A DNA stretch of 64,000 nucleotides, taken from assembly GCA_963674595.2 (NCBI GenBank), contig CAXXFV010000010.1:13777-77776 (forward strand). The letters are read 5' to 3'. Positions within the stretch are counted from its first letter, which is position 1. Every line of letters begins with the position of its first letter. This document shows positions 28,962 through 38,138 of the stretch, one piece after another. The translations under genes were made by a program, and so were the position numbers. Source of the DNA: a bacterium. Its GTDB lineage: Bacteria > Zhuqueibacterota > Zhuqueibacteria > Residuimicrobiales > Krinioviventaceae. The notes under the pieces are model-generated. The model was not told the origin of the DNA. It was given only the letters and a program-made list of their open reading frames with translations, and made no database searches.

Positions 28962-29351
28962 CTATTTGGCCAGTTCCGCCTTGATCTCATCCAAAGCTTT
29001 AAAAATACTTTCCAGTTGATTGTTAATGACCGGTATGGACTCGATCACGGTATCATGTTTTTCAAGCTCTTTCATCAAACTCTGAAAACGGTTGTCCGTG
29101 ATCTTTTGCCTCAATTCAAGCTTGGTTGACTTTATGTGTAAATTCTGAATCTTATCCTTGTTCTCATCAACGTCTTTTCTCAATGAAGCCTGGTCGGCAA
29201 CGATGGTGTTGTGAAGTGTGCATGGATCACCTGGTTTTTGCCCTTTTTGATTGAGAAAAATATCTGAAAAAACCTTGATCGCATACAAAACCACAAGCGC
29301 TCCAATCAAAAAGCCATTACCACCGGAAGCAATTTTCAACAGTTCATCCAT
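28962..29351 (-). CDS. TM-anchored coiled-coil protein
   Basis: N-terminal TM followed by heptad repeats. Confidence 0.6.
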   Translation of the reverse strand: MDELLKIASGGNGFLIGALVVLYAIKVFSDIFLNQKGQKPGDPCTLHNTIVADQASLRKDVDENKDKIQNLHIKSTKLELRQKITDNRFQSLMKELEKHDTVIESIPVINNQLESIFKALDEIKAELAK

Positions 29352-30454
29352 CAGGCAGCCCGCCTCAGGTTTTCCCGGATTCGTAAAACATCATCAGCCG
29401 TATATCGTTGTTCATAGGGGCTCGGTTCTGCCCAGGCTGGTTGAACAGGTTTTTCCGTATTGAATTTCGGTACCCTGACACACAGACAATGAGGGTGTGT
29501 ACTGGAAACCGGTTGTGGTCCTTCACCCAGTATCCACACATGACCATTTAAAGCGGAACATATCGGACAGGCATTCGCCGCAGAACTCCATTGTTCATAT
29601 CGAACACCCGATGCTCTGCTCTGAATATCAAAAGCTGAATTCATGGACAAGACACTCTCGGACCGGGAGAACCTGAGCCAGTACCAGGATTGCCCTTCAC
29701 CGACAGCCTTATGTAAAAACCGACCGGCCCTTAGGGAACTGACGCCCTCTTTTGTCATGGTGCGCAGTTCTTTTAAAACCTCATCAAGATAAGGCCCGCT
29801 TAAACGGTCAAAAACTCGTTTTTCCAGTCGTTTGTAAAATCCCTGGGAATACATATCATCAAAAGAGGGTACGATTTTATATTTTGCAAAATCCTCAGGA
29901 TCAACAGCATCCGGCAGTTCATCCAGAATATCAGACCAGGTTTTGTCCATGCCGATGTTAAAAGACTGGTAAGCAAAGGTTGAACAGATCGCTACATCTT
30001 CCGGACTGGCCTCTTTGATGGAAGCTTCACCACCGATCAGGTCTTTTTTCCATTCGCCTAAAATTCTTTTATATCCCTTAACCTTTGCCGGGGTCAGTTC
30101 AAAGGGTCTGCCCGCAATAACCTCTTCACCCTGCAAAGACCGTCGAATTTCTTCTATATCCGGTAATCCGAACAGTTCAATTATATCTTTTTCGTATTCA
30201 GTCGTTTTATGAATCAGGTTGGTGAAAAAGTCTTTCTGGACCGTCCGCATGGATCGCAAGCGATGTTCACGGGCAGAAAGATCAAGTTCAATCAGGGATG
30301 GTGTTTCAACTTTTACAGCCGGATAATAGCCGAAACAACTGGAACACTCTTTTTCAGGGGGAACGGTACCAAGTAATAAGGAACGGGCGTGGTAATCGCT
30401 TTCGATTTTAAAATCTTTTAAAGAGATAATATTACTGACACCGGAATAGGCCAT
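29351..30454 (-). CDS. Minor head protein (SPP1 gp7 / Mu gpF-like)
   Basis: RSE...CPICSALNG...THPHCLC motif, after the portal. Confidence 0.8.
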   Translation of the reverse strand: MAYSGVSNIISLKDFKIESDYHARSLLLGTVPPEKECSSCFGYYPAVKVETPSLIELDLSAREHRLRSMRTVQKDFFTNLIHKTTEYEKDIIELFGLPDIEEIRRSLQGEEVIAGRPFELTPAKVKGYKRILGEWKKDLIGGEASIKEASPEDVAICSTFAYQSFNIGMDKTWSDILDELPDAVDPEDFAKYKIVPSFDDMYSQGFYKRLEKRVFDRLSGPYLDEVLKELRTMTKEGVSSLRAGRFLHKAVGEGQSWYWLRFSRSESVLSMNSAFDIQSRASGVRYEQWSSAANACPICSALNGHVWILGEGPQPVSSTHPHCLCVRVPKFNTEKPVQPAWAEPSPYEQRYTADDVLRIRENLRRAA

Positions 30455-31858
30455 CTATAAACCCCTCGTATCTATATCAGCATAAGAAACAGATACTTTT
30501 TCACCCAACAGGAAATCGATGGATTGTTTGGCCAGATGTCGCTTTTTCCGGTTGACGAAATTTTGAGCTACCCGTTTAATAGAGGCATCTTTATTGATCT
30601 TGGATACAAATCCCAAACCAGCCACATATTCAACAGCTTCCTGTTCTTCCATCAGTTCATGGTCCAGTAGCCATTCCAGGGCCTTTAATTCCTTTTCCAA
30701 TGCAGAAGCATTTAAGTGTCTGGCTCGTGCCATTTCGGTCTCATCAAACAGTCCCACCGGGTTCCATTCATGGTACCATTTTGCACCGGTATACCCCTCA
30801 AACATTAAAAAGGTGTTGGTGACTTTTTCTATGACAGAATCAACAGAATCCCGTCTCTCTTCAATACTGGAAATCAAAAGGTCTTTCTGGTCTTCACTCA
30901 TTTTGAAATTAGAGTTCCAGTTGTACAATCCGAAACTAAAAGGAGGTAATTCTGTCCGGGCGATGATCTGCTCTATAATGATCCTGGAAGGGATTTCCAT
31001 ATCCATTAATTGAGCACCTTCACCCAAAACTTTAACACTCACTTTGGATTCACTGGGAACAGCTCCGCCAATATCCCGGACCTGACCGCGTTTGCGGTCT
31101 TTGTTCACATCTTCCAATTGGGTCAACAGCTTATCAGCAGAATCTTTCAGGTCAGTATAATTTGTACCTCTCCCTCCTTCAATCAGTAATACAAAAGTCG
31201 GATCACCGATCCTGACAACAGCGTTCTTGATGGATTGCTGTATTCTTAACAGTATCTCGGCAACAAAAGGCATGGAATTAAACAGACTCACACCCTGAGG
31301 ATGGCCGTCTCTTAAATCAAATGTCAAATACTGAACAAATTCCGGGTGTTCTAATATAACAGGTTTTGCAGCATCATGAGGTAAGGAAGCCAGCCATAGT
31401 CTACCGTCTTTCCGGATAAAACGAACCTTGGAAGCATCACCGACTTTTAACCGGTCCACACCATTCAAACCGGCAAAAGGAACGGTCTCAAAGACACCAT
31501 AACCATTGGCCAGAGCAGAATCATAGACTTGTTGTAAACACCCATGTAATCCCTTGTGAAAATATCCGACCCTGATCTCTTTTTTGAAGTTGTTCAAGGC
31601 TTTTAAGACATTCGGATTATCGCAACGGTATTCAAAATCACCGATCAGTCTCCGGAGCTTTAATACAGCTACATCTAAAATCGGGATGGCTTCACGAAGA
31701 ATATTATAAATCTTTAGATTGTACCTTAACGGCTCATATCCGTTTAAATATGTCTGAAATGGGCTGTCACTTGCAGAATAAAGCTGGGATTTAACAATAA
31801 CGTTGTTGGATTGTTTCGGTGGGAAATATTTATTAAGATTGAATTTTGGAAGGTTCAT
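30455..31858 (-). CDS. Portal protein
   Basis: 467 aa; LREAIPILDVAVLKLRRLIG, HPQGVSLF, LPPFSFGL; synteny. Confidence 0.85.
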   Translation of the reverse strand: MNLPKFNLNKYFPPKQSNNVIVKSQLYSASDSPFQTYLNGYEPLRYNLKIYNILREAIPILDVAVLKLRRLIGDFEYRCDNPNVLKALNNFKKEIRVGYFHKGLHGCLQQVYDSALANGYGVFETVPFAGLNGVDRLKVGDASKVRFIRKDGRLWLASLPHDAAKPVILEHPEFVQYLTFDLRDGHPQGVSLFNSMPFVAEILLRIQQSIKNAVVRIGDPTFVLLIEGGRGTNYTDLKDSADKLLTQLEDVNKDRKRGQVRDIGGAVPSESKVSVKVLGEGAQLMDMEIPSRIIIEQIIARTELPPFSFGLYNWNSNFKMSEDQKDLLISSIEERRDSVDSVIEKVTNTFLMFEGYTGAKWYHEWNPVGLFDETEMARARHLNASALEKELKALEWLLDHELMEEQEAVEYVAGLGFVSKINKDASIKRVAQNFVNRKKRHLAKQSIDFLLGEKVSVSYADIDTRGL

Positions 31859-31867
31859 TAACTGCCC

Positions 31868-31904
31868 ATATATAGAACGTACTCAAACAACACGTTCTAT
31901 ATAT
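31868..31904. promoter_or_regulatory. Perfect 13-bp inverted repeat upstream of the portal gene
   Basis: ATATATAGAACGT-11bp-ACGTTCTATATAT, 10 bp before the ATG. Confidence 0.6.
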
Positions 31905-31990
31905 AGCAGAATAGGGGTAATTAATCAATATTTTGTGGGTAATTAACCCATAGCTAGTGATAAGGCAGTTTCTCTTGGATGGAATTGCAA

Positions 31991-32116
31991 TAAAAAAACG
32001 GACCCATGAGAGACAATGCACTATGGAAGGTAGGTTCGGGATACTCCCTAGTCTTCGGTTAGTACAATGCAGTCATGTAGTCCGTTAATTCATAATCCCT
32101 CTCTGGTGATTAAGTT
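31991..32116 (-). ncRNA. Candidate structured small RNA / attenuator
   Basis: Starts after promoter 32151-32123; closing stem AACGGAC..CATGA / TCATG..GTCCGTT followed by a T-run. Confidence 0.4.
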
Positions 32117-32122
32117 AATTAA

Positions 32123-32169
32123 ATAATACAAACTTTATTAAACCCGTGCAAGCAGATTTTAAAGAATTT
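32123..32169 (-). promoter_or_regulatory. sigma70 promoter, third copy of the array promoter motif
   Basis: AAATTCTTTA..TTGCAC-17bp-TATTAT, sharing the upstream AAATTCTTTA and pre -10 TTTG with the promoters at 6226-6272 and 38324-38370. Confidence 0.7.
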
Positions 32170-32262
32170 ATCAAAGTATATTCGATTCAGACTATTATAA
32201 ATGTATCACCTTTATAAAAATTCTTAATATCCTGGTATGTGAATTGTTTATACAACAAAATA

Positions 32263-32718
32263 TTAAGTTATCATTAATGATTTATCATCAATAATTAATT
32301 TACCATTTTTACATGCTGGACAATTAAATTTTTCAATGTATCCCGGATAATAAATCATTTCATTCTTGCAGGTTGGACATTTGATAGCAGAGAAACTAAA
32401 ACATTCAGTAGGTAATTTTGTCTTTTCAGGATTATCTTTTTTATAATCTTTGTAATTTTCTCGATATTCTTTTTTAATATTTTCCAAATTCATTTCCCAT
32501 GGATTATAATTCGCTTCAATAAACTCGACAATTATCAACTTTTTGTATTCAACACAATGCGGACAATAAGCATTTATATACAATCCATCTGCTTTCTGAT
32601 TACCAACCGGATGTGGTAAAGCTATCATATTACCAAATTGGAATTTGAATTCATGGGGACCAGAGACGGAAATTTTAAAATTGCAGTCGACACAGATGAA
32701 GCTTATGTAAGTTGCCAT
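32263..32718 (-). CDS. Zn-ribbon (4x CxxC) accessory protein
   Basis: CVDC, CPHC, CPTC, CPAC; AT-rich; GTTATAA upstream at 32821-32827. Confidence 0.7.
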   Translation of the reverse strand: MATYISFICVDCNFKISVSGPHEFKFQFGNMIALPHPVGNQKADGLYINAYCPHCVEYKKLIIVEFIEANYNPWEMNLENIKKEYRENYKDYKKDNPEKTKLPTECFSFSAIKCPTCKNEMIYYPGYIEKFNCPACKNGKLIIDDKSLMIT

Positions 32719-33117
32719 ATTTTATCCTATCTTTTCAAATGTTTTCATTGACAGTATAAAAAGGTTAATTGAAAGGAGGATAAATAAATACCCAAATATA
32801 AATAAAAAAATCTTCTCAATTTATAACGAGGTGCATAATGCTTTTCACCAAATAGACACAATGCCATTCCAGTTAACTTGAATGTTTTCTTAAACCAATT
32901 CCAACAATTAGGAGTATTGCACCTAATAAAATTTTTAACACGTTAATTAGTACTTCCATTACTTTATAATTCCAAATCTAAATAATTTTATTTACTATAC
33001 AAATTCTGCAATATTGATTAAGGTCAAAAGTAGTGTAAAAATCTAAAGTCTTAAAACACAATAAGGTTTTACGAATATGAATTAACATGCATGAAATGGT
33101 ATTTTGCTTCATTAACT

Positions 33118-33381
33118 TTAATCATTGTTTTCTTCATCTTCATCCAGTACATGCCTTCTAAAAATGCTAACAGAATCTTGAGAATCTATATTGGGATCAT
33201 TAACTAATTTATCAATTTCTGAATCAGAAGCTTTTAAACCTACCTTGAAAGAAATAGTAGACCAAATTAATAATAAAACACATATTGTCTTTGCAACAAT
33301 ATTGTCAAATATTAATAAAATTTAAGTAGCAATTAAAACTTTAATTATTCCTACAGCTATTGGCACATATCTTGGTTTCAT
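33118..33381 (-). pseudogene. Small membrane-protein pseudogene
   Basis: MKPRYVPIAVGIIKVLIAT*ILLIFDNIVAKTICVLLLIWSTISFKVGLKASDSEIDKLV...; in-frame TAA at 33324-33322; RBS AAGGA. Confidence 0.55.
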
Positions 33382-33521
33382 TTTATATACAATCCTTTGG
33401 TTAAAGATAAATTATCTTGAGAAATCAAGTTTTATTGATTCCTATATTATTTTACATAAAGCCATATAATAACAAGCTATTTCATCAAATGATTCGAATA
33501 ATAATAATTTCATAAAATATA

Positions 33522-33962
33522 TTACGTGGAGAATTGTGTTGCAATTTCAGAAGAATAGCTAGCTATCTTAGTCCAGTAAACAATCCAGCAGATTAATCCA
33601 ATTATAAATATAACAGTACCAATTGTTGGGATAATACTGCACAAACCTAAAACACACCACGCTATGCCAAGTGATTTTCCTGGATTTGGTTCTTTTATAA
33701 TGTTTCTACGCTTAAATTCGTTATCTAAGGAAGTAGCAATTCTTGAGACAACTATAAACTGCCAGATAAGATTGAAAAACGGAATCAACATTAACCATAC
33801 CTGGCTTGGATTCATAGCTCGACTCAATGGATCACATCTCTCGAGGCATTTCTGCAAAGTTAGTAGAAAAAAAATTAATGGTATTAAACTAATTAGTAGA
33901 AAAAATATAATAATTAATTCAGGTCCACTTGGGGACATCATTGCGAAGATAGATGCTATCAT
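33522..33962 (-). CDS. Membrane protein (DUF4328-like)
   Basis: MNPSQVWLMLIPFFNLIWQF motif, 4 TM segments, RBS AAGGAG. Confidence 0.7.
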   Translation of the reverse strand: MIASIFAMMSPSGPELIIIFFLLISLIPLIFFLLTLQKCLERCDPLSRAMNPSQVWLMLIPFFNLIWQFIVVSRIATSLDNEFKRRNIIKEPNPGKSLGIAWCVLGLCSIIPTIGTVIFIIGLICWIVYWTKIASYSSEIATQFST

Positions 33963-34068
33963 TTATATTCTCCTTTTTTTGAAAATTATAATTGCCAATT
34001 AATTTCATTTCCAGCGAATTTCTATATTTTTTGATTTAGTAAATCACTTTGCTAAGCGGTCAAAAAAA

Positions 34069-34221
34069 ACATAACGTTTCATTGCTTTTTCCTTATTGAT
34101 CATACAAAGGTGCAGTAGAACCGCACCGTACAACTTGAGAAGTAAGCAAAATTAGATGCTGACATTAAAATTTCTTGATTTCATCGTCCGCCCTGCGGTC
34201 AGCTGCATTAAAAGTTAGCAC
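34069..34221 (-). other. attC-like site (3' arm degenerate)
   Basis: GTGCTAAC-ttttaATGCAGCTGACCGC... to GTTATGT. GTGCTAAC is complementary to GTTAGCAC (35162-35169) upstream of the same gene. Confidence 0.7.
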
Positions 34222-34267
34222 AATATACTATAGTTAATGTTTTATTATTATATTAAAAAACTATATA

Positions 34268-35152
34268 TTAAACAGGATCTTGCTTTTCCCAATACTTGCA
34301 GGATTGAGGAAACAAAGACCGCTTAATAATTTGAGTTGAAAATTGTTTTTCCCAAACGGCTTTAGTTTTTTTATGAATTTTGCAAGGGATATATTCAATA
34401 AAAAGCATGACTGGGTACATCCATAATTCACTTTCATACTTTTCAATTTTACGATAATGTTTGCAAGTCTTACACCACATTAACTTGTCTAAATCCGTTT
34501 GATGTGCAAGGCCGGGATTATAGTCAGCTCCAATAATATTACCAAGCTTTTGCATCGATTTAATATACTCTTTTGCATCATTAAATTTTTGATTTATCTC
34601 GATTGAACTGTAAGTCTCTTCAGTGTTTACTCTACTAACACTATTCTCATTTTTTATTTTCAACAAAAAATAAGCGGCTAATATCAATCCAATTACAATG
34701 AATATGCTTAATATTGCTGCTCTAAAATTATATTTGCTTGCCGAATTATTTATTTGATTTAATTCATTCTTTGCTTCTTTTAATAGTTTTCGATGATTTG
34801 CTAAGCTTTGCGAGTACAAATTCAAAACATCTTTTTCAGCTTGTTTTTCAGCTTCGCAAATTTCAAAAGCTAATTTTCTTGATGAGTCCGGTGAAATTCC
34901 TTGCTTCGAAAATTCAAAAGTCATTTCCTTTATTTTTCTATTATAATCTTTTGTTGCTATCTTCATATTAAAATCGTCTATAGATTTTTCGAAATAATTA
35001 ATATTTTTACTCAATGCTTCAACTCTTTCAGACCAATATTTTTTGGGATTAATTGATTTTTTTATAAAATCATCAGGGACAAATAAATTATACACAATAA
35101 TTAATATTATTGAACTTATAATTATATGTTTTAACGATATTTTTATTTTCAT
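34268..35152 (-). CDS. Two-TM coiled-coil protein with C-terminal Cys cluster, gene cassette
   Basis: TM-coiled coil-TM-WCKTCKHY..PC..C; starts 9 nt after GTTAGCAC. Confidence 0.7.
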   Translation of the reverse strand: MKIKISLKHIIISSIILIIVYNLFVPDDFIKKSINPKKYWSERVEALSKNINYFEKSIDDFNMKIATKDYNRKIKEMTFEFSKQGISPDSSRKLAFEICEAEKQAEKDVLNLYSQSLANHRKLLKEAKNELNQINNSASKYNFRAAILSIFIVIGLILAAYFLLKIKNENSVSRVNTEETYSSIEINQKFNDAKEYIKSMQKLGNIIGADYNPGLAHQTDLDKLMWCKTCKHYRKIEKYESELWMYPVMLFIEYIPCKIHKKTKAVWEKQFSTQIIKRSLFPQSCKYWEKQDPV

Positions 35153-35318
35153 ATTAATTCCGTGCTAACATAGTTTTAATATATTCAGACAGTCATATTT
35201 ACAGTGAAAACATTTAGTTTCATGGTGTAGTTTTACTGCATTTTTTAATTGTATTTTTATTTAGATTTAAGAATGGGGCGGTAGAACTGGCACCCTATTT
35301 CTGAGCAAAAAATATTAT

Positions 35319-35924
35319 TCATTTCAATGAACTTCTTGATGAAATTACCTCAATACGTTTATAATATTCTTCTTCTGTCTTTAATGATAGCAACAGAAAT
35401 ACAAAGAAACCTAAAAAATTAATAGCAAAAACAATAACAACCTGATAACAACATTTGTTAAATATCAAATAAATCAAATTAATTAAAAACATTAAAAAAT
35501 TTGCACCGCTTAAATTCCATCGCATATGATTTAAAATATTATAGCGTTCAATATACTCGTAATATGCATTCGTATTTTCATTAAATATAGCAACTTCTTT
35601 ATTTAAAATATCTTCTATTTTATTATCAATTGAATATTTCAGTATTTTTTTAATTTTGCTTTCAACTTTTGTTTTTTCAAAAACAACATACATTAATGCG
35701 TATGTCAAATGACCAAATGTATATGAAAATAGTAAAAGTATAATAAAAAGATATGGAAATTCTTTCCAATAATTAAATATAGATTGTTCATAGTAAAAAT
35801 AATCGATGAAAAATAACTCAAACAGGATAAGGGAGCCGCTTAAAATATAAACTTGTATTTCACGAGCTATATGTTTGAATGCCTTTATTAGTTGTTCCGT
35901 GATATTTGTCATTGCTTCTTCCAA
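35319..35924 (-). CDS. Four-TM accessory membrane protein
   Basis: Hydrophobic segments; AT-rich; GTTGGGT upstream (35953-35959). Confidence 0.7.
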   Translation of the reverse strand: MEEAMTNITEQLIKAFKHIAREIQVYILSGSLILFELFFIDYFYYEQSIFNYWKEFPYLFIILLLFSYTFGHLTYALMYVVFEKTKVESKIKKILKYSIDNKIEDILNKEVAIFNENTNAYYEYIERYNILNHMRWNLSGANFLMFLINLIYLIFNKCCYQVVIVFAINFLGFFVFLLLSLKTEEEYYKRIEVISSRSSLK

Positions 35925-36015
35925 TTCACTCTAGGTTGATTTATATTTTTGAACCCAACATTGTCACCAGGGTTTTGTTAAATGGTGGTTTATAAACACA
36001 TATCAAGCCTACTAT

Positions 36016-36294
36016 TTACCTACTTTTATCTTTTAAAATTACGACCAATCCAATTGTAATAAGGCATATTGAAATAAGTTGAGCATAAAAAGTTGGAGTA
36101 TGCAAAAAAACAATATTTGTAACTCCACTTGCTGTGCTTTTAACTTTGAAGATAGCAAATGGTTTGTACCCCATAGGTACATTTTTATCACCATAATCTA
36201 CATAACATGGTGGCACCAAAAATGAGAGTATAATCAGTAGTATGCCCATGAGAATTACTATCTTCTGTTTGGAATTCAAATTCATATGTTTCAC
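36016..36294 (-). CDS. Small two-TM protein
   Basis: LNSKQKIVI...LVPP...; followed by collapsed attC-like ATTTAAC-17bp-GTTGGGT. Confidence 0.65.
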   Translation of the reverse strand: MKHMNLNSKQKIVILMGILLIILSFLVPPCYVDYGDKNVPMGYKPFAIFKVKSTASGVTNIVFLHTPTFYAQLISICLITIGLVVILKDKSR

Positions 36295-36414
36295 CTTTTT
36301 AAATACCTGCTTACATAGTTCATTATATTTATATATCCGTATTTACTGTGGCGAGATATTGTCATTTGTTCCAAAAGTAAATCGCTTCCACCTCAATTAT
36401 ATCTTATTGAAGTG

Positions 36415-36538
36415 GTCTAACATTTGGCATAATCGGTCGCTAACAAACCGATATTTTATTTGTATTTTGTTTTTTACCAACTTTTAAACTGCTCAAAATG
36501 GACCGCTGAAGCGGTCCGCGTTCAGCCCGTTGTTAGCC
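36415..36538 (-). other. attC integron recombination site
   Basis: GGCTAAC-aacgggCTGAACGCGGACCGC...GCGACCGATTATGCC-aaat-GTTAGAC, starting 4 nt after the stop of 36543-37505; near-canonical RYYYAAC/GTTRRRY architecture, 124 bp. Confidence 0.85.
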
Positions 36539-36542
36539 ACTA

Positions 36543-37505
36543 TTACTCACCAATTATCGTTTCGAAAGGTAATGTAGCTCTTATAGTTGCCTTTAACTCA
36601 TTTAATGCTAAATAAATATTATCGAGATCCCAAATAATAGTTGTATGGTGATTTGTATCAAAATGTGGTTTTGTTTTAATATCATCAAAAGCTTTCTTTT
36701 CACATAAATATATTACTGGTTTTCCAAGACCCTCAGCATATCCTGCTTCCCAATATGCACCATTATTATTATGGGAAAGGTCTGCAAGTAAAATTCTTGA
36801 TTTCCTGATTTCTACTCTTAACTGATTATCAATTAATCCTGCTTGTAACACATCTTTTAGTATTCGTAATTCAAAGCCTGTTTCTTCAACTGCTGGGACG
36901 AAATATTCTCTAAATATTTTTATCATCTTCTCATCATATTGCATTGCCATAAAGGATATTTTACTATCAGACCCTTTTATTAATATTTCATGATACTTTT
37001 CCCAACCATTAAAAGTCAGACCAAACTTGCATATAGGACCATCCTCACGTGCATCACCACATTTTTTGAAATATATTAACCCTCTATTTGAGAGTTCTGA
37101 AGAAATATAATCTACATCTGAAGGAAACTTAGCACCAATTATTGAGGTAACATGTCTACCAATCCTTTCAATGTTTTCAGCATAATGTGTTAATGTCGAA
37201 CCTAAAAATAAAATCAGATTTTCTGATTGCTCATGTAATGTAGGTAAATTAATCTCATATGGTATTTTACTGAAAATATTAACAGTAACTTTTACAGGTT
37301 TATTTTCTGATTGATTATTCCTTATCCAATAACTTAATACCCACCTCCAGTCTTCGTGTGGATCATCAGGATCTATCATTGCTTTAATTTTTTTTTCTAA
37401 TTGAAATTTCCCGCATCTTGGGCAATCGATGGACAAAACATTATTTACAATATCATCGTAAATTTTATTAAGAAGTGTTGATTTACATATAAGGCATTTC
37501 TGCAT
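36543..37505 (-). CDS. Zn-finger / wHTH / nucleoside 2-deoxyribosyltransferase(TIR)-like protein, putative defence effector
   Basis: CLIC..CPRC; SFMAMQY...IRKSRILLADLSHNNNGAYWEAGYAEGLGKPVIYLC...PHFD. Confidence 0.8.
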   Translation of the reverse strand: MQKCLICKSTLLNKIYDDIVNNVLSIDCPRCGKFQLEKKIKAMIDPDDPHEDWRWVLSYWIRNNQSENKPVKVTVNIFSKIPYEINLPTLHEQSENLILFLGSTLTHYAENIERIGRHVTSIIGAKFPSDVDYISSELSNRGLIYFKKCGDAREDGPICKFGLTFNGWEKYHEILIKGSDSKISFMAMQYDEKMIKIFREYFVPAVEETGFELRILKDVLQAGLIDNQLRVEIRKSRILLADLSHNNNGAYWEAGYAEGLGKPVIYLCEKKAFDDIKTKPHFDTNHHTTIIWDLDNIYLALNELKATIRATLPFETIIGE

Positions 37506-37700
37506 TCAACTTCTCCTATTATAACAATGTTAATTAATTATATGAACCAATTGCCCCTATAATGCTAATTACCAGACATACAGAATTGGTATTGAATTAT
37601 CATAACAGCTAAGCCAGAATTTGATCGCTTATGAGCTATGCCATATTTTGCGGTACAACGGCAAGCAAAAATAGCATTAAGAAATAAAACACTTAAATAT

Positions 37701-37925
37701 TTATGAACAAGCTCGAATAATCAATATTACAATAAGTATTGTAAATGCAAATTTTGCGAAACTCCAAATTCCCATTAACAAATTTAGACCTGCTGCCATT
37801 ATTGCACCAACTAATCCATCTTCTTGATATGATTCTAAAACCATCATAATTGCAATAAATATACGCCATAATACTACAATACCAATGTAAACAAGAGCTA
37901 ACCAAAATAATATTTGACCGATCAT
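37701..37925 (-). CDS. Small hydrophobic membrane protein
   Basis: 74 aa, two TM segments, RBS AAGGA. Confidence 0.6.
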   Translation of the reverse strand: MIGQILFWLALVYIGIVVLWRIFIAIMMVLESYQEDGLVGAIMAAGLNLLMGIWSFAKFAFTILIVILIIRACS

Positions 37926-38138
37926 TTTAGATTCCTTTTTAAATCAGTAAATAAGGATAGTTATTGAAATAAATATTAGTGCAATAACACATAGTCAAGC
38001 TACCTTTATCAAGCAGCAAGTATTTTCTAATATTGGAAGATTTTGTTTATATGTGCTTTCCACAGATTTATAAAGAAACAATTTCAAATACATACATTTT
38101 GCTAGGAAAATATCTTGATTAATATTGAACATAAACTG

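Noticed and set aside
14805-31013. Numerous plus-strand ORFs within the structural module
   Set aside because: Antisense shadows of well-supported minus-strand phage genes.
33322-33324. In-frame stop as evidence of an alternative genetic code
   Set aside because: It is a single TAA in a decaying accessory gene; all core genes read normally in code 11.
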